DNA of 64,000 nucleotides from positions 1 to 64,000 of IMG/VR virus record IMGVR_UViG_3300012956_000016; one strand, 5' to 3'. Below, piece by piece: positions 8,797-17,987 of the stretch. A model generated the notes under the pieces. The model ran no database searches and was not told the origin of the DNA. It worked only from the letters and a program-made list of their open reading frames with translations. This stretch comes from a virus. Lineage: Duplodnaviria > Caudoviricetes. A program made the position numbers and the translations under genes. The stretch's first letter is position 1. Every line of letters starts with the position of its first letter.

Positions 8797-9760
8797 TTAT
8801 ACAGTCCGTTACCGAACCTTTGATCAACTTCTTGATGATGTAAGAGTTGATTTCCAGAACTTTCAACTGGAGAACATGATCGAACCTCAACAAATGATCA
8901 AGGTTGCTAAGCGTGTTACTTATGACCTAGGGTTAAGAGTATTCATGACTAAAGAAGCTGTGCTTGAAGTTAATCATGGTAAAGTAAAACTACCAGATGA
9001 TTTCTTTTCTTTGAACTTCGCATTTATATGTGATGAACAAACATATCGTTCACCTGTTATATCAGGAACACATGTTGAAGAGAGACCAATCAATCCCGTT
9101 AAGTATCAATGTGCTCCTCCAGAAGTAATAGATGTTTGTAATAATCCATCTGTTATTGAAACTCCTTTATCGTGTGAACCATGTGAAGAACCTTTTGATG
9201 CATGTACAACTAAACCTTGTGTTAAGTTGAACTGTAAAGGTGAAAAGTTCGAACTAATCGAGATCACACGTACGGAGACAAAAACTTACAAACGAATGAT
9301 ACCATTAACTATTGAAGCTAATGGTATAACTGTAGACTGTGACTGTCCTAACGTTCAATGGAAATGTCCTAGTTCTGCATTCATTAGAGATAACTACTTA
9401 TACACAAGTTTTGATTGTGGTAAAGTTTACATTAACTACCAAGGTGCTCTTGAAAATGAGGATGGTCAGTTATTAGTAGTGGATCATGATTTATTAAACG
9501 AGTACTACGAGTACGCTATTAAAGAACGTATCTTAGAAAACTTACTTTTCAATGATGAACCGGTAGATAAAAAGTTACAGTTAGTTCAACAAAAGCTAAG
9601 ACTAGCAAGAATAAATGCTTTGTCATTAGTAAATACTCCTAACTTTGCTGAGTTTAAAGCTATATGGGAATTAAACCGTAAAGCTCAGTACTCAAAATAT
9701 TATGATATGTTCAAGAGTTACCAAGACTTAGGTTTTGGTTATGGATTTAATAGATACTAA
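8786..9760 (+). CDS. Tail ring / tubular (adaptor) protein with Cys-rich insertion
   Basis: Helical N- and C-termini around a beta core (GKVYINYQG...EYYEYAIKERIL); directly precedes the large tail protein. Confidence 0.5.
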   Translation: MSYNYTVRYRTFDQLLDDVRVDFQNFQLENMIEPQQMIKVAKRVTYDLGLRVFMTKEAVLEVNHGKVKLPDDFFSLNFAFICDEQTYRSPVISGTHVEERPINPVKYQCAPPEVIDVCNNPSVIETPLSCEPCEEPFDACTTKPCVKLNCKGEKFELIEITRTETKTYKRMIPLTIEANGITVDCDCPNVQWKCPSSAFIRDNYLYTSFDCGKVYINYQGALENEDGQLLVVDHDLLNEYYEYAIKERILENLLFNDEPVDKKLQLVQQKLRLARINALSLVNTPNFAEFKAIWELNRKAQYSKYYDMFKSYQDLGFGYGFNRY

Positions 9761-9762
9761 CA

Positions 9763-12700
9763 ATGGCTGGACAGAACACAAGTAGTCAAGGAACTAAAAC
9801 CTTTGACAAAGAAGTAGTAACAGATATAAATGATTTTCATTTACCTACTAACTCATGGGGGTATGCTCGTAATGCTATAAACAATAGTGTTACTGGTGAC
9901 CTTGGTAAGTTAGGTAATGAACCTTCTAATCGTGACTGTATCAAAGCTCCTTATAAGATCATAGGTATGATCCATATTGAATCAGACAGATGGGTTATCT
10001 TTTCAACTGATAGCACTAACTCTGAGATCGGAGAGTTTATAGAAAGTAAATGTAGTTATACAACTATCGTAAATGATCCTTGTTTAAACTTCAATCAAAC
10101 AAACCTTATCAAAGGTGAATCTCGTGCAACGAGTGATTGTACTTTTGATATCTATTGGGCTGATGGGTTAAATCCAGATCGTGTAATGGACATTAATAAT
10201 GTTCCTTGGGTACAAAACTGTCTTGATGAAAACGGTAATGGGCCTGGTAATCCTACATATCCTGTAGGTTGTATTACCTGTACAGATACTACAGCTCTTA
10301 ACTGTAACCTTATACGTTTAGCTAGATTTGTAGATCAACCTTGTTTACGTGTACAAAGAGGTGCAAACAATGGTACTTTACCTAATGGTTCATACTTTGT
10401 TGTTGCCGCTTATGTAATCAAAGGATTAAAACTTACAGACTATTCTGTACCAAGTAACAGTCAATCGCTTTTCTATCACGAAAATACAGCCGGATCTTTA
10501 GATATCATAGTAGATTCTATGGATACAACATTTGATGAGTTTGAGTTGGTGTTAGTATCAACTGTTAATCAACAAACTGTTGCAAGAAAAGTAGGTATTT
10601 ACTCAACACACCAAAAGAGAATAACCATCGATATAGTAAGTCAAGCATGGGAATCAGTTCCTATCGAGCTTATTCCTATCAGAAACCCTATTATAGATAA
10701 GTCGGATGCTATGTACAAAGTAGGTGAATACTTACTTCGCGTAGGACCTACTACAAAATTTGACTTCAACTATCAACCATTTGCTAACCAAATAGTAACT
10801 AAGTGGCAATCGGTGGAGTATCCTGCAGATTATTATCGTCAAGGTGGTAATGTTACAGGTTATATGCGAGATGAAGTATATCCTTTCTTCATTAGATGGG
10901 TATATGATACAGGAGATAAATCTGCTTCATACCATATTCCAGGTAGAGCACCTCTTCCAAGTGACTTAGTATTAACTGCAACTGATGCTTTAGCAGAAGA
11001 AATAGCAGGAGGTTTTAACTATAACTGGGTTGTTAATAACACAGCAATCCCGGGAACTATATTTCCTGCGAATACTATAGCACAAGATGGTGTTGGTGTA
11101 TTACTTCAAGAAGGATACATGGGTTATTGGGAATCATCAGAAAGATATCCGGATAACAGATCCGACATATGGGACGCTAACGTAGCAGTTCCTCCTTATC
11201 CAGGTACATTACCTGCAGATTACAACTTATGTGGTAACCAAATAAGACATCATAGATTTCCAGATAACGGTTTAACCAGTAATACTCAACATTTTATCTC
11301 AGTTGGTGGTATCAAAAAGATCCGTGTTATGGGTGTTTCTTTTGAAAACATTCAACCTCCTGTAGATAATGCCGGTAACCCTATTACAAATATAGTAGGT
11401 TATGAAATATTAAGAGGATCAAGACAAGGTAATCGTACAGTTGTGGCAAAAGGTATGATCAACAACATGTTCTTATATACTATCGACGGTGGTGTAACAT
11501 CAAGAACTGGTGCATATCCTAACTATCCTTACAATGACTTAAGACCAGATCCATTCTTATCTCAAGTTCCCACATCTATTCCGATGTGTGATATATTTGG
11601 TAATAGTGGTGGACCTTTAGTTTCATCACCTATTACAAACTATTCACAAAACTTATTTACTTTTCATTCGCCTGAAACTAGTTTTACTGATCCTTATCTT
11701 AATGCTAAAGAATTAAAAGTTTATGGTACTATCTATGGTTCTGCTATAGGTAAGTATGAATATTCTGAGAAACATCCTCAACATAAAATGGTTACTAATG
11801 TAGCATTTATTGTATCAGCTTTAGCTGGTCTTGGATTAGCTGCTATGGCTATGACCGGTAATACGAGAATTACAGATACTGGTTCAAGAAAAGCTACAAT
11901 ACCTTGTACTATATGTGGTACAACAACTCCTTTACCAGCATTCTCTGGTAACATTGCTATTGATATTGCTCGTGGTATTGCTGATTTAGCAAGAGCTGCT
12001 TTAAGAATAAGTGGTGCTGAAGCTGCTACATTAGCAGGACCAGGTTCATCAGTACCAGGTTTTCCAGGTACTGAGATTAGTAGTGAGTTCTTTATGAAAG
12101 TTGTAAGTGATATCGGTTCTATTTTACCGGTAGCAGATACTGATGGTATTAAATATGAAGCAGAAGATACCCCCTTTAAAAAAACAGGAGGGGTTGGTGC
12201 CGTACTAGCTATTGGAGCTTTAAACCCTACCTTTGCTTATTATTTTGCTGAGGGTACAGATGTTACTTTAAGGTTAATCAAAGCAATGTTAAGATACAGA
12301 CAGTTTGCTATTAAGTATAACTCTCACTGTTTATATGATGGGTTTGTAACTAATAATGCAGGTCAAAGAAGAAGAACTATTGATGAATCTAATTACATAG
12401 GTCCTCAACTTACAGACTTTGGTTCTAATATTCGTATTAATAACATTAACCGTAGTAGAACGGTTGCTTTAAATGTAACCGCTACTTTAAACAATCCCTC
12501 TGTTCTTGATAATAGTAAGGTATTACTTTCAGATGTTGTACCATTTATTACTAACGATGATCCTACTAAATTCACTGTTGCTACTACAGCTGCTTCACAC
12601 TATGTTGCGATTAAGCAAAGATTAAGAAATCAGTATGGTCAAATAGATTCTATATTACAAGAGGTAATCCCTGCTTGTGTTTTTGAACGTACTGCTACTA

Positions 12701-14706
12701 ATACATTAACATCTGTTACAGGTATTAACACTGTATTATTTGGCGGTGATACTTACATAGGTCGATTTACTGAAAAAAATACAATGCCTTTCTTTTATGA
12801 TTGGTTATATGATCAACCTGATGGAACAGGTTTTGATTATAATAAGTTTAAGAATGTTCCTAATCCAACATACTGGGCTAATACTGAAGAATTTGAAACT
12901 CAAAGTTTTACTTCAGGTATGCAACTTTCTTGGACTCCTCCAGCACCACCAACTATTCCTAACTGGGAAACTTATCTACCATCAGGTAGATATTGTCTTG
13001 ATGCTTTCCAATGTCCTGGTTTTGAGTTTAGTGTAAAAAATGGTTACTTCTATTTGTTTAACTCTGGTATACGTGACTTTTTTGTAGAGTCTGAAATTAA
13101 TATAGATCTACGTGATTGGGGAGAAAGAGATGCTGAACAACATTACGATCCTTACCGATATACTAATGAAAAACAGTTGTTTGATACAGCTATTATTCGT
13201 TCTGGTAACTACTATAAATACGACTTTTCATTAAGTATATCTAAGTCTTTCTTTAACTACATCTCTTGGGGTAATACTCAAGACAGATACTATGATCCTT
13301 TGATTGCTGAAACATGTTATGTTTATGATCCTAATAGAGTGATCTATTCATTACCTGCAGTATTCGAAAGCAAGCGTGACAACTGGTTGTTCTTCTTACC
13401 TAATAACTATAAAGATTTCTTATCGCGAGTAACAACTGTTAAGTCAGTTAACAAGAATGGTGCACTTATCATGTTCGATAAAGAAAGTCCGGTACAGTTT
13501 TATGGTGTTGATCAGTTAGAAACTGATACAGGAACTAAGATTACTATAGGAGATGGTGGGTTATTCTCACAACCTCTTCAGAACCTTATGAACTCTGACA
13601 AGTCTTATGAGTATGGATCTTGTCAAAATAGATTAAGTGCTATTAATACTCCTATGGGTTTATTCTGGATTAGTCAAAACCAAGGTAAGATCTTCCGTTT
13701 AATGAATGGAGTTAAAGAAATATCAATGACTGATAACAAATGGTGGTTTGCAACATACTTACCATACAAAATAACTGATGATTTCCCTGACTTTAAGTTG
13801 TTGGATAATCCAGTTATTGGTGTAGGATGTCAATCTATCTATGATAACGAGAACAGTCTTGTGTATTTCTGTAAGAAAGATTTCACTCTTAAGAAAAACT
13901 TAGTTGATACTGTAGTATATATTGACAATGATGACTTTTTAGTTAATGGATTACTTCCTATTAAACTAGGTGATTCTCGTTATTTTGATGATGCATCATG
14001 GACAATGTCTTATGATCCTAAAACAGAAGGATGGATTGGATGGCATGATTGGCACCCTAACTTATTAATACCAGGAAAGAACACTTTCATGAGTGTATTA
14101 GACAATGGTATTTGGCAACATAACTTAAGATGTGACAGTTACTGTAACTTCTATGGTGTTGATTATCCATTTGAAGTTGAGTATTTATTACACACAGTAC
14201 AAACTATTAACACTCTTCGTAGTATCGAGTATATTATGGAAGTATATAAATACGATGTAAACTGTCATGATAGATTCCATGTGTTAGATTTTAATTTCGA
14301 TGAAGCTGTTATTTATAACACTGAACAAGTATCAGGTTTATTAAGACTTAACATCAGCCCTAAGAATGATGTTGGTTTATTGTTACAGTACCCACGTATA
14401 AACCTTAACAGTATTGACATTCTTTTTTCAAAAGAGGAGAACAAATACAGGTTTAATCAGTTCTGGGACATTACTGCAGATCGTGGAGAATACAATGCCG
14501 CAGCTCAGCGTATGATCTGGAACACATCTCCTAATGGATATATCAAAACTCTTAATCCTAATAACCTTAGTTATAATAAAGACTTCACACAACGTAAGAA
14601 ATTCAGACATTATACAACATCTGTGTTACTTAGAAAACGAGTATCTGGGGATAGAAAAATGTTAGTGATGATTACAGATAACAAAAACCTTTATTCACCT
14701 AGATAA
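9763..14706 (+). CDS. Large tail nozzle / muzzle (tail stabilisation) protein
   Basis: 1647 aa, beta-rich; conserved-looking blocks YMRDEVYPFFIRW, IRHHRFP, GYEILRG, LFGGDTYIGRF; located after ring genes and before cargo genes as in crAss-like phages. Confidence 0.65.
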   Translation: MAGQNTSSQGTKTFDKEVVTDINDFHLPTNSWGYARNAINNSVTGDLGKLGNEPSNRDCIKAPYKIIGMIHIESDRWVIFSTDSTNSEIGEFIESKCSYTTIVNDPCLNFNQTNLIKGESRATSDCTFDIYWADGLNPDRVMDINNVPWVQNCLDENGNGPGNPTYPVGCITCTDTTALNCNLIRLARFVDQPCLRVQRGANNGTLPNGSYFVVAAYVIKGLKLTDYSVPSNSQSLFYHENTAGSLDIIVDSMDTTFDEFELVLVSTVNQQTVARKVGIYSTHQKRITIDIVSQAWESVPIELIPIRNPIIDKSDAMYKVGEYLLRVGPTTKFDFNYQPFANQIVTKWQSVEYPADYYRQGGNVTGYMRDEVYPFFIRWVYDTGDKSASYHIPGRAPLPSDLVLTATDALAEEIAGGFNYNWVVNNTAIPGTIFPANTIAQDGVGVLLQEGYMGYWESSERYPDNRSDIWDANVAVPPYPGTLPADYNLCGNQIRHHRFPDNGLTSNTQHFISVGGIKKIRVMGVSFENIQPPVDNAGNPITNIVGYEILRGSRQGNRTVVAKGMINNMFLYTIDGGVTSRTGAYPNYPYNDLRPDPFLSQVPTSIPMCDIFGNSGGPLVSSPITNYSQNLFTFHSPETSFTDPYLNAKELKVYGTIYGSAIGKYEYSEKHPQHKMVTNVAFIVSALAGLGLAAMAMTGNTRITDTGSRKATIPCTICGTTTPLPAFSGNIAIDIARGIADLARAALRISGAEAATLAGPGSSVPGFPGTEISSEFFMKVVSDIGSILPVADTDGIKYEAEDTPFKKTGGVGAVLAIGALNPTFAYYFAEGTDVTLRLIKAMLRYRQFAIKYNSHCLYDGFVTNNAGQRRRTIDESNYIGPQLTDFGSNIRINNINRSRTVALNVTATLNNPSVLDNSKVLLSDVVPFITNDDPTKFTVATTAASHYVAIKQRLRNQYGQIDSILQEVIPACVFERTATNTLTSVTGINTVLFGGDTYIGRFTEKNTMPFFYDWLYDQPDGTGFDYNKFKNVPNPTYWANTEEFETQSFTSGMQLSWTPPAPPTIPNWETYLPSGRYCLDAFQCPGFEFSVKNGYFYLFNSGIRDFFVESEINIDLRDWGERDAEQHYDPYRYTNEKQLFDTAIIRSGNYYKYDFSLSISKSFFNYISWGNTQDRYYDPLIAETCYVYDPNRVIYSLPAVFESKRDNWLFFLPNNYKDFLSRVTTVKSVNKNGALIMFDKESPVQFYGVDQLETDTGTKITIGDGGLFSQPLQNLMNSDKSYEYGSCQNRLSAINTPMGLFWISQNQGKIFRLMNGVKEISMTDNKWWFATYLPYKITDDFPDFKLLDNPVIGVGCQSIYDNENSLVYFCKKDFTLKKNLVDTVVYIDNDDFLVNGLLPIKLGDSRYFDDASWTMSYDPKTEGWIGWHDWHPNLLIPGKNTFMSVLDNGIWQHNLRCDSYCNFYGVDYPFEVEYLLHTVQTINTLRSIEYIMEVYKYDVNCHDRFHVLDFNFDEAVIYNTEQVSGLLRLNISPKNDVGLLLQYPRINLNSIDILFSKEENKYRFNQFWDITADRGEYNAAAQRMIWNTSPNGYIKTLNPNNLSYNKDFTQRKKFRHYTTSVLLRKRVSGDRKMLVMITDNKNLYSPR

Positions 14707-14707
14707 C

Positions 14708-15928
14708 ATGGATGCAACTAAAGCTATACAAATATTAAAAGATGGTCAGGTTTACGGTAAACCACTTTCTGAGAAACAAAGAGAATTTTTTGCTAACTTA
14801 GCAGGGACGGATTCAGAGGGTAACTCCTTAGATGAAGACATCGAAGAAAATGAAGAGTTAAAATACGGAGGAACAATGAAAAGAATCGAAATACCTGAAG
14901 GCCCTCTCTACTATATGTTCGCATTAGGTGGAGAAAACAATGGCATCTTTAAACAAGATATTAGCTTTGATAATACCAAGCTAGGTAAGGATTTACATAA
15001 GTTTATCAAACAGGTAAACATAGTTAAGTATGGTGGTGACGATATTCCTCCTACAGCTGATACTAATAACATAGTTGAGCATAAACAACAAGTGTTTCAA
15101 AACTTCTTGCAGAAGAATACTATGAATGCTTTAGCTGAAACAGAAGCTACTAATCTTATGATGGCACACGATCTTATGAAACAGTTTGGTGGTGTACCTA
15201 AATTTGCATTAGGTGGAGAAGACTATGACCAACCTATTGGGCCAGAAACTCCTTTGGAACATGCATTAAGATTACAAAAAGAAAAAGAGAAGATGTTGTT
15301 TCCTCAACCTACACAAATGAACAACGTTGTAGGAACAAGTAACACCGAAGGTAAAGATACATATCAGTGGAGTTCCAATCCATTCGATCAAAAAACTCCT
15401 AGTAATCCTTACCAAGTAAGTAACACTACTATGAATGGTACACCAGCTCCGATGGTAACACCTTCTACTACATCCGTAATGGATAAGTTAACACCTGATG
15501 CTACAAGAATGGATGCTAACCCTAACACTCAAGCTAGTCAAAGAAATTCTGGTGTTAACTATACACAGTCAACTACTAGTAATGTACCTTATGGACAGCT
15601 TGCTGCTCAAGGTATCATGACAGGAATGGAAGGTATTACTCATATGTTGAATATGGGTGAATATAAAAAACAAGAAGAAGAGTATAGAAAAAGACTTAAT
15701 GCTGATGCAGTCTTTACACCGGTAACTGGATCTAACAATCGCGGCACGTACGATGTAAACTCAGGAGCATTTAGACCCGATCAAATGGTACCTCAACAGT
15801 TCAAAGGTAATTCTTATGGAGCAAGAGGTTCTAATTGGCAATATAAAGAAGGTGGTGAGTATGAAATGCCTGATGATGAAATACAAGATCTTATTAAGCA
15901 AGGTTACAAAATAGACTTTTTAGACTAA
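14708..15928 (+). CDS. Virion cargo protein with repeated (Y/F)x0-2GG motifs
   Basis: KYGG x2, FALGG x2, QFGG, YKEGG; low complexity, Q/N/T-rich. Confidence 0.5.
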   Translation: MDATKAIQILKDGQVYGKPLSEKQREFFANLAGTDSEGNSLDEDIEENEELKYGGTMKRIEIPEGPLYYMFALGGENNGIFKQDISFDNTKLGKDLHKFIKQVNIVKYGGDDIPPTADTNNIVEHKQQVFQNFLQKNTMNALAETEATNLMMAHDLMKQFGGVPKFALGGEDYDQPIGPETPLEHALRLQKEKEKMLFPQPTQMNNVVGTSNTEGKDTYQWSSNPFDQKTPSNPYQVSNTTMNGTPAPMVTPSTTSVMDKLTPDATRMDANPNTQASQRNSGVNYTQSTTSNVPYGQLAAQGIMTGMEGITHMLNMGEYKKQEEEYRKRLNADAVFTPVTGSNNRGTYDVNSGAFRPDQMVPQQFKGNSYGARGSNWQYKEGGEYEMPDDEIQDLIKQGYKIDFLD

Positions 15929-15933
15929 ATAAC

Positions 15934-17922
15934 ATGAGAAAAGTAAAAATAACAAAACTACCTCAAGCAGGTATGGGTATGGAAACAAAAAACTCAGGAT
16001 TTTTTCCATGGCCTGTTAAGATAGGTACTCAGATAGCTGAACCTGATATTGAAGTCAATAAGACTTTAAAACCAGTTGATAAAAAGTTAGCTAACCTTGA
16101 AGCTGAAAAGGGTGAGACTCTAGTAACAGATCTTAATAGAGATGGTATTACAGAACATTATACTGTCGGTGGTAAACGTCACTCGGAAGGTGGTACACCT
16201 TTGAGTTTACCTGAGAACTCTTTTGTCTTTTCAAGAGATAATAAGATGAAGATCAAAGACGAAACTATTCTTAATGGGTTTGGTACTAACAAAAGTAGTA
16301 CTCCAGCAGACATTGCTAAGAAGTATGATATCAATACTTTCAGACAAGTACTTGCTGATCCTAATTCTGATAAGCTTCAAAGAAAAACAGCTGAGCAAAT
16401 GATCGCGAATTACAACATGAAGTTGGCAAAGTTATCTTTGGCACAAGAATCTATGAAAGGTTTCCCTAATGGTATACCTGAAATAGCTATGCCATATGTT
16501 ATGGCTACTCAAATGGATCCTTCTCAAATGTTAGGGACACAAGGAATGCAAGCAGATCCTTCTCAAAATACTATGAAGTATGGTGGACCATTAAGTAAGT
16601 ATGCATTCGGAAATGAAACTCCAGGAGAAGGAGATGGTATTGATCCATGGTTTAGTCAAACCAATAAAGGTAAAACAACTCCTACTCAACAAAATTCTGA
16701 TGCTCCTTTCACTGCAGCTGATTACGATAAGTTCTTTAAAGAAAAAGGTATCGACACTGATAAGATGTCTGGTAAACAAGCTCAGTTAGAACTATACAAA
16801 AAAGCTGATCCTTATCATAAAGCTTTAATGTGGGGTACTTATGGTGATACAAGTAAAGGTGCAACGGGTAGTAAATTTGAAAAGTATTCTCCTTTACCTA
16901 ACGAAAACTACGCTGATTATAAAAAGCGTATGAGTGCTAAATATACACCAGAACAACTTAACAAAGAACTTAACACATACGTTCCTAATTTTGCTGATGG
17001 TAAAAATGGTGTACGTACTGCTTTCTTATTCAATGAACCTGCTTCACCTGAAGCTCCTGTTGCTCCTGCTCCAGTAGTTCCTGGTCAACCACCAGTTGTT
17101 CCTGCTGCAGCATATGTTCCACCAGCTCAACCGCACTTGACTCCTGGTCCAGATAATAGTAAACCTGATCAATGGTGGTTACAAGATGTTATTAAAACAT
17201 CAGGTGCTGCTATGGATATGTTCCGTGTTAATAAATACGAACCATGGCAAGCAACTCCCGGAGTTGATTATGTTGATCCTACTTTCTATGACCCGAACCG
17301 TGAGATCGCGGGAATGAATGAGCAGATGAGAATCGGCACTGCCGGTGCACAAATCTTTACAGGTCCTCAAGCTTACAATGCTCGCTTTGCTCAAATACAA
17401 GGACAAGGTGCTAAAGGTATTGCTGATACTATGAGTAGAATCAACAACTTAAACGTAGGTGTTGCTAACCAAACTGAAGGAGTTAATACAGACATCTATA
17501 ACCAACATTCTAATACAATGGCTGGTTTAGCTACTCAACTTTATGATAAACATACAATAGTTAATCAACAGTTTGATAACTCGATCAACATGGCTCGTCA
17601 GAACCTAAGATCAAGTTTCATAGATGCTATTACAAATAAGAACGAAACAGCAAGTTTAAACGAGATGTTTCCTCAGTTTAACATCAATCCTATCGAAGGT
17701 GGTAGAGTACATTACACTGGTAAAGAAAGACCACTTAATGCTAACTACCAAGCTCAAGATGATGTGATGAAACGTGCTCAGGAATTTATGAACCAACATC
17801 CAGGACTGGAATGGAAGGATGCTTTAAAAGCTGCCGGCGGTCCAGGATTTGGTGGAACTGAACAGGATGATGCTATTGAACAGTACAGAAAATTACTTGC
17901 TGCTCAGAGAACTCAACCATAA
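15934..17922 (+). CDS. Virion cargo / ejection protein with GGKRHSEGG motif
   Basis: NLEAEKGE...GGKRHSEGG...SFVFS block; Pro/Ala linker; N/Q-rich helical C-terminus. Confidence 0.55.
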   Translation: MRKVKITKLPQAGMGMETKNSGFFPWPVKIGTQIAEPDIEVNKTLKPVDKKLANLEAEKGETLVTDLNRDGITEHYTVGGKRHSEGGTPLSLPENSFVFSRDNKMKIKDETILNGFGTNKSSTPADIAKKYDINTFRQVLADPNSDKLQRKTAEQMIANYNMKLAKLSLAQESMKGFPNGIPEIAMPYVMATQMDPSQMLGTQGMQADPSQNTMKYGGPLSKYAFGNETPGEGDGIDPWFSQTNKGKTTPTQQNSDAPFTAADYDKFFKEKGIDTDKMSGKQAQLELYKKADPYHKALMWGTYGDTSKGATGSKFEKYSPLPNENYADYKKRMSAKYTPEQLNKELNTYVPNFADGKNGVRTAFLFNEPASPEAPVAPAPVVPGQPPVVPAAAYVPPAQPHLTPGPDNSKPDQWWLQDVIKTSGAAMDMFRVNKYEPWQATPGVDYVDPTFYDPNREIAGMNEQMRIGTAGAQIFTGPQAYNARFAQIQGQGAKGIADTMSRINNLNVGVANQTEGVNTDIYNQHSNTMAGLATQLYDKHTIVNQQFDNSINMARQNLRSSFIDAITNKNETASLNEMFPQFNINPIEGGRVHYTGKERPLNANYQAQDDVMKRAQEFMNQHPGLEWKDALKAAGGPGFGGTEQDDAIEQYRKLLAAQRTQP

Positions 17923-17950
17923 ACTTTAAAAGTTTACGACTTAAGAGTTT

Positions 17951-17978
17951 TAAACTTCCAATATTTATCATATATTAG
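17951..17978 (+). promoter_or_regulatory. Second copy of the candidate phage promoter motif
   Basis: TAAACTTCCAATATTTATCATATATTAG in the 17923-17987 intergenic region. Confidence 0.55.
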
Positions 17979-17987
17979 TACCATACT

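Noticed and set aside
7622-9760. Group I intron splitting one ring gene around the HNH
   Set aside because: Both flanking ORFs have their own starts and stops and overlap the HNH, leaving no room for intron core structure
17035-17151. Pro/Ala/Val-rich tract in the cargo protein as a repeat element
   Set aside because: Ordinary flexible linker with no periodic DNA repeat
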